From Bugula neritina (Eukaryota; Animalia; Bryozoa), in assembly GCA_964035545.1 (NCBI GenBank), contig OZ037767.1, forward strand, positions 7,512,581 to 7,576,580: a stretch of 64,000 bases of DNA. The letters are read 5' to 3'. The first letter of the stretch is position 1, and each line of letters opens with the position of its first letter. Below are positions 43,615 through 55,800 of this stretch, in pieces. Under the pieces are notes generated by a model. It searched no databases and was not told the origin of the DNA. It saw only the letters and a program-made list of their open reading frames with translations. A program made the translations under genes and the position numbers.

Positions 43615-45055
43615 TTACACCCACGCATGCATGTAATCATCAACGCTGCCATCAGCACTCTTCGTCTGCTTGTCAGAACCAACACATGGTCTCCCTCGAC
43701 AGTGTGGATTCTCATATCTGCAGTGTCTCGTCCTCATCTGCTCATAAAATCTGTCTGTTTGACTCACCCAGCTGGACCAGAGACTCCAGACACCATCAAC
43801 TATGACAGTTTACATACAGTTCATTCGGTTTACATGGCAACAAATGTGATATTGTAAAACCTTTCAGAGAGCAGCCGTGGTTTAGGATTAAAGGGTTTGG
43901 CTTAGTAAACACGAAGTCATGGGTTCACACTCTAGTAAAAGCCATTAGTAATGTTAGGAAGAGCATCCAGTCATACTTGCTGACTAAGTCCTTAGCCAGA
44001 TTAACCAAAATGCTTTCCACCAAAGGCGTCTCACAGAAATGGACGACTTGTATAAACTTACAAGAAGTCTTATATTGTAAAGATTTTTACGATTTCTCAT
44101 TACTGTAATCCCATACTTCAAATTATGGGAATGCATCATTTTTTTATTCGATGCATGGGCACAGGTCCACCAAATGAATCCATAACCATAAGTTAATGCA
44201 AACCACAACTGCAAATCTTGATGTATGGGAACTCAGTGCATATTTGTTTTATTTAATCATCAATTATGACTTAAAATACTATTTTCATATAAACATAAAC
44301 AAATCACCAGCTTACCTGGACAGCATTGGTTGTTACACATCCGCCTGCTATAGTTACTTCCAGCACACCTCCTGATGTCTCTGCTATATCCCCTAGTAGC
44401 TATAGTCTCACAGAGCCGGTACCTTCTCTGTTCTCCACCACCACATGTTCTACTACATGCTCCATACTCTCCCCATGGTCCCCAGTTACCTGTTAAAGTG
44501 CTAGAGAGTAGATTTTACCACTACAATTCAAGCTGTATAAATAGGGATGTAGTGTTGTGAAGGTTAACAGTAAAAAGTTATTTTTCTTATGTCAACTTCT
44601 TGAATAGAGTTTAAACTTGGTTACTTGATTTTTCTGAGAAACAATATAACAAATAGACATTATAATTAAAAACATGGAGACTTACCAACAGGATGATAGC
44701 TACCATGTAGTCGATTATAGAAATTTTCTTCATAGCACTCCGTCAACCCACCTGGACATTTATAAGTGATCATATATGTGCATAACACACAAGTGAGTAC
44801 ACATTTATGCACACGTACACACTCACACATACATTCTTTTTACACCATGCTATATCAAATTGTATTATATGATTTTATATTATATACACTGTATTTTAAA
44901 TAATATACCATACAATACTATATTTTTTCCAGCAATCATTGTTTTTAGCTTTGTCTTTTAAATTGAATAATACACAAATTTATCAATAAACACAAATAAA
45001 AAAGCATATACTTACAAAGAACTGAGGCCATGGAAAGGAATAACAGGAATTTCAT
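43615..45055 (-). CDS. Small secreted thrombospondin type-1 (TSP1) repeat protein, 154 aa
   Basis: Coding exons 45055-45016, 44751-44686, 44489-44316 and 43799-43615 are in frame: signal peptide MKFLLFLSMASVLCGLTEC; TSP1 GNWGPWGEYGACSRTCGGGEQRRYRLC...RMCNNQCCP; degenerate second repeat VDGVWSLWSSW...RTRHC...CRGRPCVG...AWV*. Confidence 0.88.
43869..43981 (+). mobile_element. tRNA-derived SINE copy (3'-truncated) in the TSP1 gene intron
   Basis: GAGCAGCCGTGGTTTAGG...GGGTTCACAC...AAGCCATTAGTAATGTTAGGAAGAGCATCCAGTCAT. Confidence 0.78.
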
Positions 45056-45434
45056 GGCTACAAAAGTTATATTTATATATGTGCCTTATGCAAATATCAT
45101 TATTTTACAACAGTGGCTAATTTGCAGATATTATAAATTCAAAACTAAAAAATCTTTTTCGTCTGATCTTATATAGACAACAACCACTGAAGAGTTGTTT
45201 GCTATAAATGACAATGTTTGAAAAAAGTTGCATTGAAAGAAACCACAATTATAAGTTAATGTGAACCACGACCACAAATCCAAATATTCGCATAATGAAA
45301 ATCAAGGAAACGCAGTACATGAGAAAAAACCAATAAGTAATTATTACTCAGTATTTTTGTTAGCAAAAAGAAGCAGAATATAACTTAAATATGTTATAAA
45401 TATGTTAACACCTGCATGGTAACAAATATCTCAC

Positions 45435-45533
45435 CCATTCTGTGTTAGTCTGCTCACTGCTTGACAAGAGAAGTGTAAACTGCCAGAGATGAAGCAGAAG
45501 TGATGGAGCAGGGCTTATTCGTTCGCTTTTATA
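45435..45533 (-). promoter_or_regulatory. Probable TATA box and non-coding first exon of the TSP1 gene
   Basis: Minus-strand TATAAAAG at about 45533-45526, followed by a short segment ending in the donor GG|GTGAGA at about 45435; acceptor TGTAG lies 2 nt before the ATG. Confidence 0.5.
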
Positions 45534-47714
45534 CTCAAACTTTGATACAATCAGCAAAAATTAATTAAACAGAAGACTAATAATAACTGGTTTGATGAAG
45601 ACACATCACTCATCTAATGTGTTGCAAACATAACTTGATTGAAGTATATTTGAAAACAATTTGAATGATTTTAGAAATTATTATATGCCCAAAATAGATA
45701 AATCGTTATTTTATGTAATTTTTCAAATTTATTTTGGGTCTATTTTAACTGCTGCTATTACAAAGGAGCCTTAGAAGGATCGTAAATCACAACATGACAG
45801 GAAATTTCTTTGATCTCAGTTCATTCATCAAGTTATGTAGCCATGACACATGTAGAAATAATAATATAATAACAAGGGTCAGTGTCTTCTACAATCATAC
45901 AAAGAAATGGACTGTAATAATAAATCAAATACCCAGAGCCTAGTGATTATCTCTTCCTCTTAGTTTATTTATATATAAAATGTCCTCAGCATACACTTTC
46001 CAGTATTTATATGTGATACTTTATTAGCCTTTTACTGCATTGATGTTTCTAAATAAAGGTTTTTGCTGCAAAAGCATGGGAAGCAGATAGCAGTACAAGA
46101 GCTAAAAATAAGCATATTTTTTAATTTCAGATATTGCTACCATTCTTATAAGCTATTGTTTTATTAACACCTCACGGTAGGGGAACTTCTGTACTCCGAT
46201 CTCCTTTTTTCTAAATATATTTTTCAGTTTAATTTCAAAATCAAGTTATATTTTAAAAAATATTCACATTTGTCACCTTAGTTTTTATGAATTGAGATCA
46301 AAAAATCTTTCAAACATTACATTGTTTAAGCATCTTTTTTCATTTAAGCATTTTAAGCTAACACAGAATGGGTGAGATATTTGTTACCATGCAGGTGTTA
46401 ACATATTTATAACATATTTAAGTTATATTTTGCATCACCTACCGCAGATAGATCAAGATATCATGCAAAAAATAATTAAAAACTGCAAAATACTTAAACA
46501 AAGAATTGACCAACAATATTTATATAACTAGAAAGTTACAAAATTCAAATTGTGTTATTATAATATTATTACTATAAAATATTACATTATTACGAATGTT
46601 ATGTAACCGTGATCATGTTATCTATAACTACTGATAAAATATAAAACTTGACTAATCTTGTCTTATGTAGCCTAATAAGTACCCCCTCTCCCCCCTCCGT
46701 TGATATGAGCTGCTATAGATACAGCATCATATAGTATAATGAGAGTTGAGCTGTTGACTTTTATACACTTGACTGCAAATGCCACAACCTTTTTTTTTTT
46801 TCAAAACAAGGATTGGTTTTTGGCAATTTAAAAAGACCGAAAACTGCTAAATTTAGTAGTCTTAATAAATATTATTATTTTAAGTGACTGTTGACGTCTG
46901 GGATACATAGACTAATTCATTTTGCAATAAGGTGTAATAATGAGTGCTATAAAATGCTACATGAATGACATATATTAGCAGAAAAGAGTAAGAAGTAGAA
47001 GATGAGACAATGTATTCAAAAGCCAAAACAAATTTATTTAACAAATTCATTGAACACCTGAAGAAAATTTTGAAAATTTTCTGATCTTAAAATGAAAATA
47101 TTGATATTTTTATTGACAATAGAAATAATATGTTAGAAGTATTTTCTGATATTACATAGTTAAACATAGTATATAAATTACTACTTGATTAGTTGTTGTT
47201 AGCTCTTTGCATATGCTTGAAAATCTATTTTTGTGACCTAAAATAGCCCATATGTGTCAAATGCAGTCCGGTAATGATTTATAAATTATCCATTAATCAT
47301 ATTTTTCAACTTCCTCAATTATTAAATATTTCAAATTTGGTTCCATGTCTGACTTCAATGGAGCTTTAAATTTGGCATTTATATAATAGAAATTATTTTA
47401 TTAATAGAAAAAGCAATGAATTACTTTTATTAGGCAATATGTTTACGCAGCAAATCAATTTTCACAGATTAGTTGTAGTGGAGAAAACAAAAGACAATTC
47501 TTTAATTGTATATATAGCAAACTAGATTTGAGTGGAATAGGAGTTTTGATGAATAAGGATTATATTACAATTGTACTGGCAGCAAGTGATATGTAGTGGT
47601 TCCTGTTAGAGCATTAATTTCTAATAAATGATGGCATTAACCCAAGCATAGCAAATTAGAGCCAAGGGTTCCTAACAAAAAGAAGTCAGAGAACTGCCAT
47701 ATGCAGTGTATTAT

Positions 47715-49085
47715 CATCAGATCTCCCTGTCTCCTTGGGATGCCACAGGGTTCGGTACTAAGGCCAACCTTGTTTTCTTATATACATAAATGGCTTACCA
47801 CAAGTGATAACATGCAAAGTGAGTCTCTATGCCGATGACACCCTGATTTATGCTGCTGTGAATAGCAATGAGGACAAGCAGCTTTTCCAGACAAATATAG
47901 ATGCTCTACATAAGTGGTCCATGAAATGGAAAATACCTTTCAACACAAAAAGGTGTAAGGTGATCATCTTTAGCAAAGCCCCAAAGGCATATCCAGTGTT
48001 TGACCCCAGCTATGCACTTGATGGATCTCCGCTCAAATGCAGACAGGAGATCAAATATTTTGGTATAATTGTGCAGTCAAACTTAAAGTTTGAGCAACAT
48101 ATTACATCTAAGATCAAAAGTGCCTCCAAGGTCCTAGGTTGCATAAAATACTCGCTTTATGAAGCCCCTGCAAATAACAAACTATACTCGCATACACCAG
48201 TATCTGCCGACCAATTCTAAAAAATGGCGATACTCTTGGATTCAGCTAATATTGATGCCTTAGAGCGTGTACAGTCTTAAGCAATCAGGTTCATTAATAA
48301 TATCAAAGGAAGACAAGGCATCTCAGAAGCTCGAAATAAACTCGAACTACAACTTCTCAAAGACCAAAGAAAAATACATAGGTTGTCACTGTTAGCCTAG
48401 GGCCACACGGCGCGTATTTTCGCATGCGAAAATTGAAATCACAAGTAGCAAAGGTGTCCACTGTGCGCGTTGAGAAAACCTTCGCACTTGTCGCTCTGCA
48501 TTTTCAACGCAAGTGCCAATCGTCTCTGTCGTCGTCATCTAATTGGCTGGTAGCTATTCAGCGAGCCCAATTTCTTTATTTAGTGCTACATTCCAGTAAA
48601 TTGCGTTTTATTGAAAGCGAGTGCGATTTAAAATGAAAGCTTTATTTATCACGCATCACTGACGCTACAGTGGACACCTTTGCTACCCGTGATTTTAATT
48701 TTCGCATGCGAAAATACGCACAGTGTGGCCCTAGGCAAAATGAGAATCTTTTCAGATGAATCTAAACACCAAACCTTAGCCTCAGCTTATGATGAACTGA
48801 CTAAAAATAAAAATAAATACACTATATGTATACGCGAGCTGCACAGAGAGGTGAGCCAACATCTATCTATGCTGCGAGCAAGGTCTATTTTAACAGTTTT
48901 CTCCCACGCAGTGTGAGAGATCTGAAGCTAAGGTCAACTAACACACAACAATAAACAGCTATATATGCTGCTATACTGACTCATACTGACATTTATCACT
49001 GACCAAAGAGGCGCTCCACGTTTGCACCATAACGGTGACATTGAGTGTTCTATTATCTACGAGGTGAGTTACGAGGTGAGTTACA
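47715..49085 (+). mobile_element. 5'-truncated decayed LINE (non-LTR retrotransposon; RT and C-terminus, CR1/L2-like)
   Basis: GMPQGSVLRPTLFFLYINGLP, LYADDTLIY, WKIPFNTKRCKV, KYFGIIVQSNLKFEQHI and C-terminal YFNSFLPRSVRDL; stops and frameshifts; short tandem tail (TACGAGGTGAGT)x2. Confidence 0.88.
48395..48736. mobile_element. MITE with about 70-bp TIRs nested in the LINE (PIF/Harbinger-like termini)
   Basis: GCCTAGGGCCACACGGCGCGTATTTTCGCATGCGAAAATTGAAATCAC...GTCCACTGT and its reverse complement ending GTGTGGCCCTAGGC. Confidence 0.88.
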
Positions 49086-49268
49086 ATAAGATTTTTAATA
49101 AAAAACAGGCACTAGATTTTTTTCTAGACTATTCATTGCTGAATCTTAACTTCCCTAACACTGGTAGTGAATAATCGTGTTTTGATGCAAAAGTGTAGCA
49201 TTGCATATATAATATAATGCATACACGCACTATAGCACGTTCGAGTATATATATATTTTTTATATATA

Positions 49269-49408
<140 letters not shown>

Positions 49409-49820
49409 GACTTATAATTCTTCATTATATATAATAAATCAATTCCAAGCACAACGATGATAAAAGAAGATTTATATAGATGACATTTAAACTGAGTTAG
49501 TTTCTTCTAAACTATTGCAGCACTAATTGGTCTTTAGCAATGAATTTTTTTATGGTACCTACAATAAAAATATATTTTCAGTGATATTATATAGCAATAT
49601 AATTTTAGCATTCTTTTAATAAATAATTTCCATAATGTATTTTTATAAATGGCACATATTTTCAGAACTGATTGTTGAATTCTTGAATCATTGCTTTGTT
49701 CCTTTTCAGTTATCACTGTGCGAATTCAGCAGATTTAACTGTCAAAACTTTGTCAAGTATTTGCGAAACTACTTCTACTGTCACTATTTATCTCGAGTCA
49801 CTAGATTCTATTATCTCATC

Positions 49821-52800
49821 ATGTCTAACTCAAAGTAAGTTTTTAAATTATTGTGCTACTGTGAGGGTGATACTAAATTTGGAAGTCTTATAGTCGCCAT
49901 GAAGTAATTCACCTTTTTTCAAAATTGGTCTTTTTGTGCATAATTTCTTGCTATATATAATATAGCTTGACAGTCGTATATTTTTGGGTAGGTTTACCCA
50001 AAACTTGCTTCAATAAAATCTGATCTATAATAGACTGTAGGTATAGTTGAAGCTAAAGGAATTATATAATTGTTTTAATATAATGTTGTGCTTGGATGAA
50101 ATTTTAGTCGTTTACCTGGAGAGCAGAATGATCAAACGCCTAAGACACCTCTGGTTTTTGAAAACTTAACGTAAGTAACTTTTTTGTAAACTATCAATAG
50201 GGAATTATCACAGTACAAACTGAAATGACGCTAAAACTTTACAGTACCAAGGAGTTATACTTGTTTAGGTTTATATCTGATTTTTCAGATCATCATCCAA
50301 AGTTCAAGGTCAATCGAGAAGAGTTATTAAAGCAAACTGGATGAATCAGAGAGCCCCAGTTGATGTGACTGTCAACAGCAGGCTAGAAAAGTATGTCACT
50401 AATGAATTTCTGTAGTATAGTAAAAACTGATGTATAAAACAATTGCAAAAGTTTTGACTTGTTGTTTATGATTTAATGCCATAATTTGCCTGCTTGCAAT
50501 ATTTAAAAGAATAAAAAACTAAAATCTACTGCAGTAATTACTAAAGTTTTAGCTAGAATATCTAGAATTATATACTTTGAAAAGTTGTTTATTCTGCTGT
50601 GTGTACCAAGTTTTGTGCTTTGGTCACAAACATTCCAAGTGATATCTAAAATACTTTTATTATATTGGTGTGTCACTAATAAACTTAACATTAACGTCAT
50701 CAGTGATGCTGGCGTAAGCACATAACTTTTTTGTTGCAATATCAGCCCAAACACTATTTGCAATTATAAATTTAAAGCAAAAACTTGAAGAATAACTTTA
50801 AACATTTGCTATCAAAAATGAAAGCTATAAGAAATTTTTATTTGCATAAAAACACGTTGCAATGATTAATTTTTATTGCTGCTTTGCATGAAACTGTTTC
50901 GGGTGTTATATTTGTAAAGAATTTGCTCTTATCCAGCTTGCAAGCAGGCATTAACCAATTACACCACAGGTGCAGCTGAGTTTACTTAACAATATAATCT
51001 AGTAAATTCAGGCTGATTTTTTTTATTTCTGGCTACTCAAAATGTTACTTGCTTTGTTACTTATACTTGTAAACGTGCAAAGTTATTGTTTCCAGTCACC
51101 TAGTATTTAAAACTTGAGCAATTAAAGCCTGCCAGAAGCACTTCAACCAATTATTATTTTTATTTCTCTCTCATCCACATTAGAACTGGCAAAAAAAATT
51201 ACTTTTTAAAATATTTAACATCTGATATTGTTTTGCTGCTTTAAAAATAGTCACAACCATTGGCTCCCTAAGAGCATAAGTTCATTCCATGGCAGTCAAT
51301 AATGATTTCCTTGTCAGATTGAATACGTAAGAGTTGCTAACATAATTTTGCATAATGAACAACTACTTATAGAATCTGTGCAGCCCGAAATTAGACAACT
51401 GCCAGATTTATCTTTAGTATTTAAAATACAATTTCTTTTGTCTATCGATATAGCTTCACTATACTCTCTTGTACCAGTAAACCTGATGAGAGATTTGGCT
51501 GTCATAGCAAATTAAAGGTGATAAATGCCAAAACATCTTTAGAAAAATTTGTACAGCTATCTGAGAATAGGTGGTGCTGGCCAAGCAACTACTGCCTTTC
51601 AATCCCTATAAGTCAGTGAAAACTTTATCATGACTAAAATCATGTTTCAAATTGTCAATTCCTGCCTGCAGAAATTCCCAATCGGTAGGCATGAGTTTAA
51701 GCCCAACCTGTTTTTTAAGCTATTAATATATAACAGTTGCTTAAAAAGATAAAGAAGATTTCCAGTTTATTCTGTACACAACTTGCTTGATTTGGTGATC
51801 GAATATAAATGTAGCAAACTGCTGACTCATACCTATAGTGCATCCAGAATTTTATTCAGTTAAAGCAGCAGCTACATGTATATGCAGCCTACTGGGTGAC
51901 GAAGTTTAGGCCATGGAAGCTTACATTCTACATTTAAGTTCTAAGAGTTATATTTCTTTTGCATTGTAACTTGATCAGAACAATTTAGCCAAAATTTTAA
52001 GTTGTTCAACTATAATGTCTTTACTTGTTTGCAAAAACTGTCTAAAAAATGTTTTTTCTTCTTTTGTTTGTCCTCTTACATTTCCACCATTTCTACTTAC
52101 TTGGAGAACAATTGTGGTTTTTTGGGATTCGTTATAATTGGTTTACTGTTTGATGCAAAATTTTCATCAATGAACTTAAGACAATCTCAAATGTCGCTAG
52201 AGCCACCCAGGCAGATATCAAATTTATTTTTACTTTTTGAGCTTTAACCATAGCCTCAGGTATTATCTTCTATTTTGAACAAATGGTTATACAAGTAAAA
52301 GTTATTAGATGTAGAATTGAAATTTTCTGTGGAGATTAAGTTCATCCTTTATAATTTGCTCTCTCTATTCCCTTGTATATATATATGCCTCATCTACAGC
52401 CACTGCACTTTTACCATGTTAATTTATGGTAGAAAGGTGATCTTTCTTATAAGCAACAGTTGATATTATTAAAAAAATTTCCTTTCTCCTTAATAACTAA
52501 CCGGAGGAGTATAAAATACTTGTCTAAACTCTGCAAACAATAGTTTCAAGCTTAATTGTTACAAAAAAATTACCATTAAAAAATATTTCAATGTAGCTGA
52601 GATACATGCATTTAATTTTTGTTATAGTAAGCCTAGCCTCTCAGCATTGCCATCGGTTAGAGGTGCATCTAATTTCCAGCCATTGAAGTAAGTTTATTAT
52701 TTATATTTTACCTATTTTACCAAATTCTATATGGCTTCTAGTTTAGGTACGTACTTTTCACTAAAGCTAATAGAGTGTCCATAAATAAAACTTAATAGCT

Positions 52801-55800
52801 GCATGATTATTTTCTGTATGTTATGTTTTTTTTAATAAAACGACTAAAATGTTCCATGATAATCTTTTTTGCATTGTAGTTATGAATCGGTTGTATTTAA
52901 TTATGTTGCAATTGCTATAGCCAGCATAAATGTGTGAAAATTATTCTATATAGTCTAAAGATATCATATCTTTTAATCCCTTCACTGTAATACAAGCTAT
53001 AGCAATGATAATGTATTTAGGTCAAGCATATTTTTCAAAAATACAGTACCTAGTTTATTATTGATCAAAACATCATGTGCACATAATAATATACTTAGAT
53101 ATATAAAACCTCTGGCGTCTATTATATATTGTTATAAATTATATATATGTATAAAAAGAAGATATGTTAGATTGTATTTGTGTAATCCTTTTAATTAAAA
53201 AAATATTGTCTAAATTTTTTATGAACTTCCAAGAAGTTTGTTAATTTTTATTTTACTTCCAATATTGTATTTATTTATAGCAATGGTGATGGAGCAAGAG
53301 ATCTTTCAGCCCGAACACCCAAGGCTCCAAGAAAGAACAGAAGGAATCAGCTGGAAACAAGATTATCTATGTTCTCCAAGCCTTTGTCAGTATAGTTCTG
53401 TTTTTTCACATTCTTTTTAAATTGCTTTATTTCTTTACCTGCTTGATGACTTATGACATATAATAGCTATCTGTATATATTCTGTCTATATAATATAGTT
53501 GCCACTGTAAAATTATAACATTTCATACCATTTGGCTAACTAAAATGGAACAAAATGCATGCAATGTTTTTAAGAAATTTATCAAGAATTTTTTTTAATG
53601 AACGGTAATTTAAATTACATAAAATTTATTGCAAAGCAAAGAAGTAATTTTTAATATTTAAACCTTTATAAAAATTACACCCAATGCTATAAATATACAT
53701 CACCAATCTACTTGATATATGTATTAGCATTGCTATGCAACAGAGCTGGTGCGTTATAATAAATTGATAAATTATATACTTTATGAAATAGAGTGAAAAC
53801 TTAATTAATAAATGACATAATCTGTATTTCTATTTTAGGACCTCCAATTCATTTGCACTTCCCCCTGTTGAGCAACCTGTGGCAATTAGAGCTCCTCCCA
53901 AGTAAGATCTACATTCAATTTAGTTTTGATTTTATAAAGAAATATGTTAAATAAAATAAAACCGAATAAAATAAGTTATGATTATAGTCAGTTTTCCTAT
54001 GCTGTCACACTGTACACACTTCATGCTTTACAATAGTAAAACTTATAGACTTATAACCTAATTATTTCTATACAAGTGTACAAAAAAAAAGAAAACAATA
54101 AATAAGCTGCCATTGTGTCAGTTTTAACTCAAGAGTTTTGTTATGTAGCTATTGTTAGTATTGTTAGAATCTAGGATACACTTACTATTTATGGCTATTA
54201 ATTTCAACTTCAGCTCTAAACCAGGCAAAGTACTGAATCTCACTCCGTCCAATAAGGAGTCACATGCTGCCTGTTCTTCTGCTGACTCTGATGCCAGGCT
54301 TAGTCCACCATTATTCAACTCGTAAGTTGATATCAATGCATTGTAGTCACGGGTATTATCAACCAAACCCAAAAAGTCTAGCAATTTTTCTGCTGAGTAG
54401 GCATATTTATTTAAACTTTTAAGTAATCATTTTTGAGGGAGCTTTTCAAAGCAAAAAATTGCATTTTCAAAGAACTGCAGTTTCTTTGATCGCACTTTTG
54501 ACATGTCCAATAACCTGACCGGGTTAACAAGACTTGCACTTACTAAGCCAGTGCCCTAACTAACAGGCCACTGCTGAACTTTATTTGTGCGACAAAAACT
54601 GGTAAACTTGGCAATTATAATATTATTTTGGCCAAAAGCAAGAATAAATTTCTATTTAATATATACTCATTTTAACCTATTGATCTACTTACATAGATAA
54701 CAAATATCAGTTTGACTGAAAGCATGAAAATTTTGTAAATTTTTTATTAAAAGTTTATTAAGTTTATAGTTTGCTGTACTTTACACAAAATATGCATTTA
54801 AAATCAAATTAATTACACCATCAAGGTTTTAGTTAGACAAATAGAATATTAAAATGCAATGTTTAGTATATACATAATATTAAACTGTTTTAGGCCTGAG
54901 GATACTTCTAAGTTTCTGCGACGTAGAAAGATTCTGAAAAACTTTTAGTAAGTATAACGTAAACATTTACATAGAAAGTTTCTCTAGCTAGGTATATTAA
55001 ACACAAGCAAATGTGTTATAGTCCTCAATTATTATTGCATAGTTCCATTGTTGTATATACTATTGTAAGTATTTTACATACACTGACTATGCACAGTTAT
55101 AGTTTCCTTTGAAAATGTTGCTGGTATAATATATAGTTGAAAGAAATTTCAGTAAAAAAATCAAAGCAACTGTGAATAAAAATAAAGCACCAAAAAGATA
55201 TTGAAAAATAATATTTAAAATAGCTTTTGTAAATCAAAATATTTGTTTTTCAAGTGAGCTGTAACTTAAAAAAAAATTCCCAGCCTTATGTCACATTAAT
55301 TGTGATAAATTTAATAATAATGACACATTGATGTCTGCATGATATACTTATGAGTTATTCTTGTGGTTTAGCTATCCAAGAGATTCCACAACTTCTGCAA
55401 TAGATGAGAACAACGACACAGCAGAAGGCGAGAACGACACAGCAGAAAATGTCCAGAACTCTGATGAGTGAGTAAATTTACTTGTTTTACACTTAATTTG
55501 AGTTTTGGTAATTGACACAATTAGCTTTACTGTAAGAGGTTGAGATAATCTCACATTATTTGTAGAATTTTGTAATAATTTCATTACTAATAGTGTTTTA
55601 AATTGCTAATTAGATTTATTTCTATATACCCTATAGTAAACAAAACCTTTCACATTGGGATAGTTTTATTGGTAACTCTGTTGTTTTCTACCGCATATAG
55701 AACCCCCTCTGCCACTAATCAGAGTCTTCAATCATCATCATCTTCTTTGATGGAGGAGATTCTGGCGCTGTCTGATGATGACACTACGCGGAAACCTCTC

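Noticed and set aside
51300-52300. Possible decayed transposon coding sequence in paralogue B intron 3 (similarly 30300-31070)
   Set aside because: Short ORFs without any motif I can recognise; cannot be supported without a search.
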